Shown in pieces: positions 1-11,710 of a stretch of DNA of 34,652 nt. Both the position numbers and the translations under genes were made by a program. Below the pieces are notes generated by a model, which searched no databases, was not told where the DNA came from, and worked only from the letters and a program-made list of their open reading frames with translations. The DNA lies in contig NC_069004.1 in assembly GCF_001194135.2 (NCBI RefSeq), positions 17,299,158 through 17,333,809 on the forward strand, read 5' to 3'. This stretch comes from Octopus bimaculoides. Taxonomy: Eukaryota. Position 1 is the first letter of the stretch. Every line of letters begins with the position of its first letter.

Positions 1-316
1 TTTACGTGTCACCCGCACGAAAACGGCCACGCTCGAAATGGTGTCTTTTATGTGCCACCCGCACAAGAGCCAGTCCGGGGGCACTGGCAACGATCTCGCT
101 CGAAAACCCTACAAGGCCAGTCAGGCGGTACTGGCAACGGTCACGCTCAGGATGGTACATCTTATGTGCCACCCGCACAAGAGCCAGTCCAGGGACCCTG
201 GCAACGATCTCACTTGGCTTGCCGGGTCTTCTCACGCACAGCACATTTCCAAAGGTCTCAGTCAGTAGTCATCACCTCGGTGAGGCCCAATGTTCGAAGG
301 TCTTGCCTCACCACCT
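1..316 (-). mobile_element. RTE-clade LINE 3' end (ORF C-terminus plus modular 3' UTR), 5'-truncated
   Basis: Minus strand ~316-207 translates as VVRQDLRTLGLTEVMTTD*DLWKCAVREKTRQAK*, an RTE-type C-terminus. It is followed by a ~114-bp duplicated UTR module (starts at 22 and 136). The same family recurs at 27225-27995 and 31478-32520. Confidence 0.75.
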
Positions 317-320
317 ACAT

Positions 321-405
321 ATATATATATGTATATATATGTATGTAAATATATATGTATGTATGTATATATATATGTGTGTGTATATATATATATATAT
401 ATATA
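321..405. repeat. (TA)n/(TG)n compound microsatellite
   Basis: Directly visible. Confidence 0.95.
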
Positions 406-529
406 CGGGAACGGAAACAAAGCACAAAAATGAACTTTTTTTACGGACAACAGAATGTACACATAGGAAAATAGATGAGCCACTTATGGAACTTTTCGTT
501 CATCAGCTGCTTCTACTCTAAACTAGACA

Positions 530-910
530 TTTCGACTCTTTTTATTTCTCACTTGTTTCAGTCAATTGACTGCGGCTGTGCTGGAGCACCGCTTTTAGTC
601 GACAAATCGACCCCAGGACTTATTCTTCGTAAGCCTAGTACTTATTCTATCGGCCTCTTTTGCCGAAGTTACAGGGACGTAAACACACCAGCATTAGTTG
701 TCAAGTGATGTTGGGGGGACAAACACAGACACACACACACATATATATACGACAGGCTTCTTTCAGTTTCAATTTACCAAATCCACTCACAAGGTTTTGG
801 TCAGCCTGAGGCTATAGAAGACACTTGCCCAAGGTGCCATGTAGCGGGACTGAACCCAGAACCATGTGGTTGGTAAGCAAGCTACTTACCACACAGCCAC
901 TCCCACGCCT
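530..910 (-). mobile_element. tRNA-derived SINE (CORE-like central region)
   Basis: Minus strand starts GGCGTGGGAGTGGCTGTGTGGTAAG...GGGTTCAGTCCC (A-box/B-box-like), then CTTGGGCAAGTGTCTTC. Homologous copies lie at ~2110-2340, 18930-19050, 29153-29250 and 30937-31090. Confidence 0.7.
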
Positions 911-1037
911 CATATTTATAAAAATTAAAATAATGAGGGTAAAAATTGATATTAATTAGTTTAATATCAATTTAAACTAGTGGCCTAGCATATTGAAAAA
1001 AAATCTCAAGATTCAGAAAATCATGTTACATATATAT

Positions 1038-1465
<428 letters not shown>

Positions 1466-2055
1466 TTTTTTTTTAACTAAATTTCCTTACACCAACAGTT
1501 TAGGAAGCAAAGCTTCATTTTACAATGTGATGAAAGTGAGGCATCTGATATGAATAAATTCACTTCAGATTAAAAACACCCATGACTGAAAGTGATCCAG
1601 ATGTGGCTATCATAGAGTTATTCTAAACATTGTAATCTCGGACTATATTAGCCAATGCTCTCTTTTTCTAAAATTGCAGGGTGTGTCTTGAGAGAGACTT
1701 GACTGCTATTTCTCGCAAGTTACCTTACACATGTAAGTGAAGTAAATGGATTCTTTATTGATTTCAATGAGGACTATTCCAGCTGTTGTCCAATCAACTG
1801 AGCTACCAACTCATTGAATTATAAAACTGGCAGAGTATTCCACAGACATCTGTACCTTGATGTAATCCTTTGGCAGAATCTGTATGATAAAGTATGACAA
1901 GTGGTTCTTTGAATTACATGCACGGTCCATCAGATGGGTTTTCATAATTTCCCTTACATGGCATAGATTGGTAAAAGGCTAAGCTAGAAGACACTACCTA
2001 ATGATGCTAAACAGTAGGACTTCATTTTAGCAAGTTGAACTTCTTAACTATTTGG

Positions 2056-2100
<45 letters not shown>

Positions 2101-2109
2101 CTATAGACA

Positions 2110-2340
2110 CAGGCGTGGCTGTGTGGTTAAGAAGATTGCTTCCTAGACATGTGGTCTTGGGTTCAGTCTCACTGCTTGACACCTGGGCAGAATGTTTTCT
2201 ACTATAGCCCTGGACTGACCAATGCCTTGTGAGTTCATTTGGTAGGTGGAAACTGAAAGAAGCCTGTCGTATGTAAATCTATTTGTGTATCTTTGTGTCT
2301 GACCCCCAAAGCTTGACAATCAGTGTAAGTTTGTTTATGT
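2110..2340 (+). mobile_element. tRNA-derived SINE copy
   Basis: GGCGTGGCTGTGTGGTTAAG...GGGTTCAGTCTC head, followed by a body homologous to the 530-910 copy. Confidence 0.7.
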
Positions 2341-2514
2341 GGGGCACAATGAGGAGTTTTTAATACATTTTTGACTTTGAGACAAAATATATTTTTTACA
2401 AATGTTTACAACCTTACAAAAACTATATCAGCTAAACAAATGACATTCTCTAAATGCATTAAAAACAGTATAACATAATCAGAACACTATTTCCGAAAAT
2501 AATCATCATTAAGA

Positions 2515-3370
2515 CCAATTTATCCGGGGCAAAATGAGTAGCATTTTGCATTGGTGTTGCAACCTTTGGCAGGTATTTTATGAGTACTCTGTCTTTGTCC
2601 CAGAACACTGAAACTAGAATCTTTCCAGCTGATTCCGGGATCTGAAACTTCTTGGGACGCAGTGAATTGCTGTGGTATCACTCCATTGATTGCTGCTTGG
2701 TCTGGAGGTGGGGTAATAATGAAGTCAAGTTTCATCCATGGTGATGAAATGAGCCATAAAATCAGCCTCTCCTGCTGCAAACCAATCCAAAATCGCCTTT
2801 GATGTTGTCACTCAGATGCACTTCTGATCTGTGCTCAGGCATTTTGACGCCCATTTTGCAGAAAGCTTCCTCAGGTTCAGAATGTTGTGGGTGATGTTGT
2901 CAGCTTTTGCACAGGAAATCCCCAGTCTCAGCTATGACTTCAGCTGAAATTCAGTGGTCCTTGAGAATCAGGATATGCACAGCATCGGTTTTGTCCTCTA
3001 TAGTTGTGGAAGTTGGCTGCCCTGACTGGGGTTTATCTGTGACCTCGAAATGACCAGTCCAAAACCATGACACCCAGATTTTCACTGTGGAGTAAGATGA
3101 GCAGCCATTCTTCAAAACTTCCTTCACTTTGCCATATATTTCCGCTGCTCCTTTGCTTTGCAAAAAGAGGAATTTCATGACCGTCAGTGCTTCAATTTTA
3201 CTAAAACCCACTGTAGGACTTGCCGCTGTGCGCTAAATCTGCAAAAAAAAAAAAAAGTGAGATATATTGTATACCATCAAGATTTTTCCTCCTAAATAGT
3301 GGTCCTATCTCTCCTGCAAAGGTAACACCGCTTTCCCTGGAGCCAAGGAACCTTTCATCAACCTCTCGTA
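2515..3370 (-). mobile_element. Degenerate mariner-type (Tc1/mariner) transposon, 3'-truncated
   Basis: Minus-strand HTH segment (VMKFLFLQSKGAAEIY...SYSTVKIWVSWFWTGHFEVTDKPQSGQP), then LRKLSAKWASKCL (WVPHEL-like) and FITMDET*LHYY (first catalytic Asp motif). A TIR-like end TACGAGAGGTTGATGAAAGGTTCC lies at ~3370. Stops and frameshifts are present. Confidence 0.8.
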
Positions 3371-4179
3371 TATATAATAATAACACATACTGCAGTAATT
3401 TCTGCTAAATTTCCTTGGGTTTTTTGTTACTTCGCCCATTTTCCTCTCTTTTGGCATGACAAGGTTTAACCGCTGTACAAGGATCACAAACAAATATTTG
3501 TCACGGTGTAAAAATCAAATATTAGACATTTCTCTTGATTCTCTCCCCTTTAACACATGCGAGCGTGAAAGATGGGTGTGAAATAATAACACGTTCGCGC
3601 GCGCATATATACACACGGATTGATGTCAGGTTATATATAAAGAAAAAATTGACAGTTCAAACAAGATTGACAGTTCAAACTTTCTCTTGCAAAAAGCACA
3701 TATAGTGAAAATAATCACGACTTCATATACAATCAAAAAAAAAAAAAAAAGACAACGTTGCGATTAGGACGCTTTTCACAATAGATTTGGTAAATTAGTC
3801 TGACCTGGGGTTAAACAACAGCTACACTGCACTTCACGCATTGTCTTTCTACACTTTAATCTGTACTGCTCTACTTCGCTATCATCCACGGAATCAATGA
3901 ATGAGACTACGTGGTCGTTCGACCTGCTAGAAACAGCAACCTAAATCTCCCTCAAATTCCATCTTTTTTGTGTTAAATAGAACAGGGAGACATTAGTTAT
4001 TATAGTTCTGCATAACCTGAAAAAGATATTATGGTCACAGTAAAAATAGCTTTAAACTTAGGTCAGCGAAATCAAGGTTGACCTGTGCTTGCGGATAAAC
4101 AACAATATCGGTCACACACACACATACACACACCTCTGTTGAATAACAGACGTTCGTGACGTCTGTTAAAATATTTTAC

Positions 4180-4674
4180 CTGGTTCTGGTTTAAATTAAG
4201 TTCGATAGCTTGGAGACTGCTGATGCTGGAAAACAGTCGAGTGATCTTGTTGCAAGACAAGTTGACAGAGTCGAGGTTTCGAAGCTGACACAGTTGTTCG
4301 GGGAAAACATCAATTTTGTTGTTGGACAAATTAATAGTCCTTAACGCGGTCAGGCTGCCCAGTGAAGCGGGTAATCGGGTGAGATAGTTGTTATCAACAG
4401 AAAGACATTCGAGCTTCTTTAAATGTTCCAGTTCAGCGTTAGGAAGCTGGCGGAGAGAATTGTGGCTGGCAGTCAACTGTTTCAACATTGTAAACTGACC
4501 CAGGTCGGGTGGGCACAAATATTGGAGGTTATTGTTAGATACGTCTAGAGTTCGTAGGGTTTTTGAAAGTTGCATGAGCTCTGGAGGCAGGTCCCTCAGT
4601 TTACGAAGTGTCAGCTGGCAGGCTCCGGTCTTAGAAGCTGTCTCAATGTGTTGTTTGATGTTGGAGTTACCCAT
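4180..4674 (-). CDS. LRRC57: Leucine-rich repeat-containing protein 57, first coding exon (165 codons)
   Basis: MGNSNIKQHIETASKTGACQL...LRTLDVSNN...LQAIELNLNQNQ closely parallels LRRC57 ([21 protein letters not shown]...ELNLNQNQ), including the N-terminal Gly2. Phase-0 GT donor (CAG|GTAAAA) at 4179. Downstream exons were not found within 1-4179. Confidence 0.9.
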
Positions 4675-5043
4675 TTCGAAGACGAATATGACGACGAATG
4701 AACGAAAACAGAAACACAAATCGAGGGTCAGAGCCACAAGAAATATTTGTTTATGTAAGGACTAATGTCGGTTGTCATATGGAAGTCTTGAATTCGTCCT
4801 TTTTTAAGCATGAATCTATCCCGTTATTTACTCAACCCGCCATTAAATGTTTGCATTTGTCAGTAAGAGTTATCGCGGCTGTTATGCTGCTGCTGCTGCT
4901 TTTCTGTTGTGGTTTCTTTCTCTCTCTCTCTCTCTCTCTCTCCAAATGCGCGCGTTTGGGTATATGAATAAACACACCCATATATATGTGTATGTATGTA
5001 TGTATGCACACACACACACGCTCTCTCTCTCTCTCTCTCTCTA

Positions 5044-5973
5044 NNNNNNNNNNNNNNNNNNNNNNNNNNNNNNNNNNNNNNNNNNNNNNNNNNNNNNNNN
5101 NNNNNNNNNNNNNNNNNNNNNNNNNNNNNNNNNNNNNNNNNNNNNNNNNNNNNNNNNNNNNNNNNNNNNNNNNNNNNNNNNNNNNNNNNNNNNNNNNNNN
5201 NNNNNNNNNNNNNNNNNNNNNNNNNNNNNNNNNNNNNNNNNNNNNNNNNNNNNNNNNNNNNNNNNNNNNNNNNNNNNNNNNNNNNNNNNNNNNNNNNNNN
5301 NNNNNNNNNNNNNNNNNNNNNNNNNNNNNNNNNNNNNNNNNNNNNNNNNNNNNNNNNNNNNNNNNNNNNNNNNNNNNNNNNNNNNNNNNNNNNNNNNNNN
5401 NNNNNNNNNNNNNNNNNNNNNNNNNNNNNNNNNNNNNNNNNNNNNNNNNNNNNNNNNNNNNNNNNNNNNNNNNNNNNNNNNNNNNNNNNNNNNNNNNNNN
5501 NNNNNNNNNNNNNNNNNNNNNNNNNNNNNNNNNNNNNNNNNNNNNNNNNNNNNNNNNNNNNNNNNNNNNNNNNNNNNNNNNNNNNNNNNNNNNNNNNNNN
5601 NNNNNNNNNNNNNNNNNNNNNNNNNNNNNNNNNNNNNNNNNNNNNNNNNNNNNNNNNNNNNNNNNNNNNNNNNNNNNNNNNNNNNNNNNNNNNNNNNNNN
5701 NNNNNNNNNNNNNNNNNNNNNNNNNNNNNNNNNNNNNNNNNNNNNNNNNNNNNNNNNNNNNNNNNNNNNNNNNNNNNNNNNNNNNNNNNNNNNNNNNNNN
5801 NNNNNNNNNNNNNNNNNNNNNNNNNNNNNNNNNNNNNNNNNNNNNNNNNNNNNNNNNNNNNNNNNNNNNNNNNNNNNNNNNNNNNNNNNNNNNNNNNNNN
5901 NNNNNNNNNNNNNNNNNNNNNNNNNNNNNNNNNNNNNNNNNNNNNNNNNNNNNNNNNNNNNNNNNNNNNNNNN
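5044..5973. other. Assembly gap (largest of seven)
   Basis: N runs at 5044-5973, 9026-9035, 9812-9847, 11711-12346, 21410-21785, 27459-27676 and 28872-28881, most flanked by microsatellites. Confidence 0.99.
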
Positions 5974-6017
5974 AGAGAGAGAGAGAGAGAGAGAGAGAAA
6001 GAAAGAGAAAGCAAAAA

Positions 6018-6215
6018 GGCGGCGAGCTGGCAGAAACGTTAGCACGCCGGGCGAAATGCTTAGCGGTATTTCGTCTGCCGTGACGTTCTGAGTTCAAATT
6101 CCGCCGAGGTCGACTTTGCCTTTCATCCTTTCGGGGTGATTAAGTAAGTACTAGTTATGCACTGGAGTCAATGTAATCGACTTAATCCCTTTGTCCTTGT
6201 TTAGTCCCCTGAGTC
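6018..6215 (+). mobile_element. tRNA-derived SINE, second family
   Basis: GGCGGCGAGCTGGCAGAA head and B-box GAGTTCAAATTCC (6090-6102), then GGTCGACTTTGCCTTTCATCCTTTCGGGG. Degenerate copies at ~19655-19820 (+), 20290-20480 (-), 20935-21085 (-) and 32585-32790 (-). Confidence 0.75.
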
Positions 6216-6288
6216 ATGTAGCAGCTGATAACTCAACTGATGTTTTTTTTCTTTTGTTCTTTCCAGATGAAACCCATTGGAATTAATG

Positions 6289-6663
6289 ATGGCAGTTAGA
6301 TTAAGTTTTGAACAAAGGAATTTCATTCTAAAACGCTACTGGAAGTGTGAAAATGCAGTTGAAGCTGAAGAGCAAAAACAGTTTAGAAGGGAGATTCAAA
6401 CAGATCTACCAACGCGACTTACCATGGCTCAAATTAGAGATAAATTTGAAACCGATGGAACTGTTCAGAATGTCCACAAAAAGCGTTCCGGAAGACCACG
6501 AACATCGACAACCCCCACAAAGCAAGAAGGAGTGCTGGAAATGTATCACCAAAGTCTAAGAAAATCTGTGCGGCAAGCGAGTTGTAAGGCAAGTATTTCA
6601 AAATTGTCCAACGCAGTTTGAAGCATTGTCAATGAGAAAGTTATGTTCCAAGATTAGTCCATG
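6289..6663 (+). mobile_element. 5' fragment of a rosa/DD41D-like Tc1-mariner transposase (DUF4817-type HTH)
   Basis: MAVRLSFEQRNFILKRYWKCEN...FRREIQTDLPTRLTMAQIRDKFETDGTVQNVHKKRSGRPRTS. Frameshifted after ~6610. Confidence 0.75.
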
Positions 6664-7859
6664 TGGCTGGAAAGCAAGCTCCTTACCACATAGTCATGAC
6701 ATGGATGATTCGGCTATGCAGTAGGTTGTACTGGATTCCATGTTACCAGTAGCACTCATAAGAGACCTCACAAGTGACTTGACATTGTTAAAACATGTCT
6801 GTAGGAAAAGGTCACTTTAGTATAAAACCAGATATGACGGAGAATAGCATTTGAACATTTTGGGGATCATTTGCTTGCGCTTGAGATCATGGTGCTCCCA
6901 CATTCCTTAGCATGTGACCCATATTGGTATTGGATATCTTGCCCTGGTTTGACTCTGGATTATGTCAGTAGGGTGGAGAGGGTCTGTGAGGTGGTGTGCA
7001 AGATTTATTGGACCTAAAATTTTAGGTTGTGCAATCGCCGGCGAGGCGACTTTCCGATGCTCGTTCAAGTAGGAGGGAGTCGCAGTGAGCATGGAAGCCA
7101 CGGGAGCGAGCACAGGTGAAACCGGCTGTGGGTGCAATGACCTCATGCATAGGCATTGCTGGCATTTTGCATGGGCAATGGTCAGTAATAGCCTTTCTTG
7201 GTCATGAGTTGACAGTTATCTTCATCATTAATGTATGTATGTATGTATGTATGTATGTATGTATGGCGATTATAGATTTTCAAATTGTAAACTGCTTTGA
7301 GCTTCGCTAAAACATCGAGAAGCATTTTTTTTTGTCTTTTTCTCTAAGAGAAACATGTAGTTCTTTAAGTTTCAAAATGTATCCAAGCGTCCGTAAAAGA
7401 AATTATGAACAGTATCTCAAAATAAGCGGCCATACTTTGCAGTTCTTATAAGTGCAAAACCGCGTAACCTGAGGTAGCTTGGATGCTGTGATGGTGTCAT
7501 GACAACTCTTTGATCAGGAGAGTGTGATATGTGATGCAATAAGTTGAAATACTTAGACCATCTAAGATTATGCAGCACTTAGGAGACAGAAACTTCCTCT
7601 TTGAATGGTAAAAAATATAAAAATGGTATAATGGAGATGACTCTAATAATATCAATGGACTGAAATATTTGGACAAGCTAAACTATGTAGACTGAAGTGG
7701 ATGTGGTCTTTAAAACCAATTGGTGAAGACAACAGACCTATTTCTTCGGTGAAGCAAACCCAGTTATAAAGTTGGTCAAGACCAAAAGATACTTGAAAAT
7801 AATAAATATTAAAATAAATTTGTGTGCTTGTATGTGCAGGATGTTGGCTCTTCCATCTG

Positions 7860-8330
7860 GACACCGACCAAAAGACTTAGAACAATGCTGGGTGGCATGC
7901 TCCACGCCATTTTGAATTTACTGTCGCAAAAGTGGCGTGCATGCTCTACGCCATTTTGAACATGTCCTGGAAAGAACTTCCTAACAAAGAAAGATTATAC
8001 AAGAAATTTTCTAAAGTATCAGACACCATTAGAAAAAGAAGAGTTTGTTCTGCTGGATACGTCACAGGAAACGGAGGAGCTGGTTACTGAATCTCTACTT
8101 AGGGTACTTCGACATGGTCATAACCACATTCATCGCCTTACAAATTGAAGCATAGAAACGAGTGGTGGATTAGGGCCATGCGAATCAGGGCAACCGCAAC
8201 CCAATGATCTATCTATCTATATATTTAATTAAGGGTCCTGACAAAATCCACTTTTGAACTATGTGAACGAGAGGAAGATGATGGAGGAATTTATGAATGG
8301 TGTCGGACACAACATCAGGTTGCAGTAAAA
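7860..8330 (+). mobile_element. Non-LTR retrotransposon C-terminal fragment
   Basis: MLYAILNMSWKELPNKERLYKKFSKVSDTIRKRRVCSAGYV resembles the post-RT region of RTE-like LINEs (RMLRAILNISW...IRxRRLRFAGH). Confidence 0.6.
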
Positions 8331-8339
8331 TGAATTTTA

Positions 8340-8755
8340 AATTACACTTAATGAGGTTTTCAATATTATGTTTGATCAGGCAGGAGCTCTTGATTCAACT
8401 TTAAAATATTCAGGACTTGTACAGTAGTAGGGCGTTGACCCATTGAACTAGAGTCGCTACATTTGACCAAACTATAACTTATTAAATCAGTGTTGACTTT
8501 AAGGCAGTTATAGCAGCAGTCAGTGCTAATTGCTTTTCCTGTGAGTTTTCAAAACATCCACAGAATTGGTGTCGTGCACATGAAGTTGAGTGTCAGAAGT
8601 GTCAAAAGAAGGGTCAGATAATGGCGGCCCGTTGGAGAAATGAGCCGTTAGTCATTACCGTGGGACAGGGCTGAACTCACCATTTGTTCTGGGGTATGTG
8701 GCCCATTGCCTTCATCCTCAATTTTCTGCTGCTTTACTCCCTATATTGTAGGGGT
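8340..8755 (+). mobile_element. Ty3/gypsy-like Gag relic with double zinc-knuckle
   Basis: 8531-8617 translates CFSCEFSKHPQNWCRAHEVECQKCQKKGQ, i.e. CxxC..H..C followed by CxxCxKKG[H->Q]. No LTR or pol sequence was recognised. Confidence 0.55.
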
Positions 8756-8764
8756 ATTGTGAAG

Positions 8765-9025
8765 GCACGTGGTTCAGTGGTTAGAGCGTTGAGCTCCCAA
8801 TCAAGAGGTAGCGAGTTCGATTCCCGGACCGGGCTGTGTGTTGTGTTCTTGAGCAAGACATTTTATTTCACGTTGCTCTAGTCCACTCGGCTGTAGAAAT
8901 GAGTTGCGACGTCACAGGTGCCAAGCTGTGTCAGCCTTTGCCCTTCCCTTGGATAACATTGATGGCGTGGAGAGGGGGAGGCTAGCACGCATGGGCGACT
9001 GCTGGTCATCCATGAACAATCTTGC
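8765..9025 (+). mobile_element. tRNA-derived CORE-like SINE
   Basis: GCACGTGGTTCAGTGGTTAGAGC (A box), GAGTTCGATTCC (B box), then GTGTTCTTGAGCAAGACATTTTATTTCAC. Ends at a gap. Confidence 0.8.
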
Positions 9026-9420
9026 NNNNNNNNNNGCTGCAGTGTGTTGTACTGCTACTTCATCAGCCTCTACTACTACTACTATTTCCACTGGTCAATC
9101 ACTGTTGACAACTTCAGCTGCTACCCCAGAGGTGTGTGTGTGTGTGTGTGTGTGTGTGAGTGGGGTATTATCGAAAGCATGAGGAAAGCTAGTCCTCAAG
9201 GGACATAAAATGAATGGTTAGATAAATAACATGTGGAATAAAATTCCTCAGACCCAGATATTCAGTACCAAAGACCTCTGTAGTGCCTGCCACTAAGTTC
9301 CAATTGGATAAGAGGACAAACAATAGACTACATTTGAAGTTGAAACATGTGCCAGATTACCAGAGTTAATTGGCGTAATCAATAAAGTGACATGCCTACA
9401 TCGGCCGAGATGGTTAGGGT

Positions 9421-9720
9421 TATTATTTACATTTGACGGAGAACCTGGGTTCTCATTCCTAAGGTATTTTTCGATGTTATCATTATCATTATTATTCAGG
9501 TCACTGCTTGGAATCGAACTCGGTATATTGGGGTTAGTAGCCCGTGCTCTTAACCACTATGCCATATGCCCGTGGGCATATGGTTAAGAGTACAGGCTAG
9601 TAACCCCAAGATTCCGAGTTCGATTCCAGGCAGTGACCTGTATAATAATAATATCGAAAAATACCTTATGAATGAGAACCCAGGTTCGAAATTTCCCCAT
9701 CTCTTAAATATAGAACTGTA
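9421..9720. mobile_element. Head-to-head palindromic pair of the tRNA-headed hammerhead element, both ribozymes deleted
   Basis: Inverted arms ~9441-9571 / 9574-9687 centred on GCCC-GT-GGGC (9568-9577). Both arms align to the 34320-34620 element but skip the ribozyme. Confidence 0.85.
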
Positions 9721-9773
9721 TGCTTAGGTTTAGTGTTTATGTCTCCTTGCGACTATATAAGTATCTTGATGGG

Positions 9774-10080
9774 ATTCTGGTTTCAGCACCCCATATAATC
9801 CCTCATAACTTNNNNNNNNNNNNNNNNNNNNNNNNNNNNNNNNNNNNTATTTAATGGTTTCTTGCAGGGATTTAAGCAAAAAATTCGAATTGTCCATATT
9901 TTAAACTCCGATTTTTAAAAAAAATCGAAAATGAGTGGAACTTTTAGGATTTATAAGGGTGAGGGAGTGGGTTAAAAAATTAGAAAACATATTCCTGTGT
10001 GAAGAACAAATTTGCAAAAATTTTCGGAAAATTTTTTTAAAAAGTTATAATGGGGTTATATGGGGTGCTTAAACCAGAAT
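9774..10080. mobile_element. MITE with ~38-bp terminal inverted repeats
   Basis: ATTCTGGTTTCAGCACCCCATATAATCCCTCATAACTT (9774-9811) is matched by AAGTTATAATGGGGTTATATGGGGTGCTTAAACCAGAAT (10042-10080). Contains a 36-N gap. Confidence 0.7.
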
Positions 10081-11487
10081 TACGCCGGTACCTCAAAGCA
10101 GTTAACGAAAGCATAGCACAAATTATCAAGTCATACTTGATTCTGAGTGGTGACCGTAATTTTCATATTAAATCTGTTAGTAATAACTTCAGTATCATTT
10201 TTTCATACAGACAGCGTGTCTGAGTATTTTATTTCGTATATATCACATATCCATGTTGTTTTTCAGCCTCTAGTTAACCATCATTTAGCAAACATATCTA
10301 ATCAAAGGCGTTCCAGTTATTATCCTTCAGCTTCTTTTTATAAACGGGTTCTTCCTTTTTCGAAGAGGGTAGAGTGTGATCAAGGGTTTATCTGAGCTGA
10401 AGCATCAATAACAATTACAAAGGCACGGGATAAGATATTGGGGGGAGACGGTTATAGTTAATGGAATCGGTAACACTATCTTCAGTGCGAATATAATTAG
10501 CAGTCATCGACTGCAAAATGTTGTAAAGTTGTATCAACCTCAGCAGGATTTGATCTCACAACGTAAAGAGACATAACTAAATATTGCAAAACTTTTTAAA
10601 TCACAGAATTATTGAGGAAAATTGACCTGGGATGTCTGCTGTAGGAAAATCTGATGGTAAAGAGAGCTCTAGCATCGATTATACGCCCACTTTTAAACTC
10701 TATTTTGGTCATAGATATTCACAAAATTCCGAATTCATTAGAGACGAAAAATGTATTTACAAATGTAAAGAAAATTAATCTCAATTTACAAATTGGTAAA
10801 GAATAAAAACAGTCAAAATGAATGAGTCAAAAAGAAAGACGAAAATAAAATAGAAAAGATATGCACACTTCCCTCAATTATGCACAAGAAAATACTGGTG
10901 TTTTTCCTCTAAATGTTTTTGTCACAGTTGAGAACATCCACGGCTTTGTCAATGGGGTTTGTAGGGAATTGGGGCCTGGAATGGAATGTTACACCACTTC
11001 AACCTCGAGGTGACCCACAATAATGCCATATTTTGGATTCTCTGAAATTTTTAGAGGATAATAATAATAATAATTTTAATAATTTTACATTTTTATTTGT
11101 TTACTTTTTTCTAACAAACACCTACGCAATTCAGTCAACTTGTAGTAAATAACCACCAAATTTTACTAACATCACCCCATACCAACTTAAGCAACTTAAC
11201 AGGTAGCGTAATGTATGTTGGCGGTGTCAGCTGAAAAAGGTTCCAAACTGAAAAATTATACAACATACACAACATTTTAATACTTTATCTCTCATACTTA
11301 TTAAATACCCTACACGCAATCATTAAATTTTCCAGTTCCGTAACAGTCAAATAAGAAGAGTAAAAAGGAGTTTCATATAGACTGAGATATTAAATGAATG
11401 GAAAACCCACGATATTTCAGATAGTAATGTACAGAAGTCACCGTCGAGGGAATCCTTAATTCCACGTTGTCACAACAGTGTTCAAAA

Positions 11488-11610
11488 ATGGCTGATAGGA
11501 ATGGAACAGCAGACACTGTCTCATCTCCAGGACAGCAGTCTAACAACAGCAACAACCCTCTCACTAGGAAACTGAATAAAATACTTGACACCAGAATCGA
11601 CAATGACAAG
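11488..11610 (+). CDS. COG6: Conserved oligomeric Golgi complex subunit 6, exon 1
   Basis: CAAAA-ATG-G start; MADRNGT...NNPLTRKLNKILDTRIDNDK (cf. COG6 NPLSRKLHKILETRLDNDK); donor AAG|GTAAAC, phase 0. Confidence 0.93.
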
Positions 11611-11675
11611 GTAAACTGCATTGACTCCCAGTTACAGTTTATTGTCATCATGATTAGCAATTACACTTGTGTGTG

Positions 11676-11710
<35 letters not shown>

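Noticed and set aside
4072-4737. Full 221-aa ORF as the LRRC57 protein
   Set aside because: Homology starts at MGNS (4674) and ends at the GT donor (4179); the extensions are UTR and intron read-through.
4832-6097. Long ORFs crossing N-gaps (also 11467-12451, 21141-22004, 27285-28083)
   Set aside because: They are open only because N codons contain no stops; the flanks are microsatellite translations.
6780-7250. GC-richer segment with short ORFs
   Set aside because: No recognisable protein or RNA motif; left unannotated.
7895-7960. Tandem YY1-like CGCCATTTTG sites between the divergent genes
   Set aside because: They fall within a LINE coding remnant (ML.AILN) with a small duplication; the ATGGCGGC at ~8621 lies in the Gag relic.
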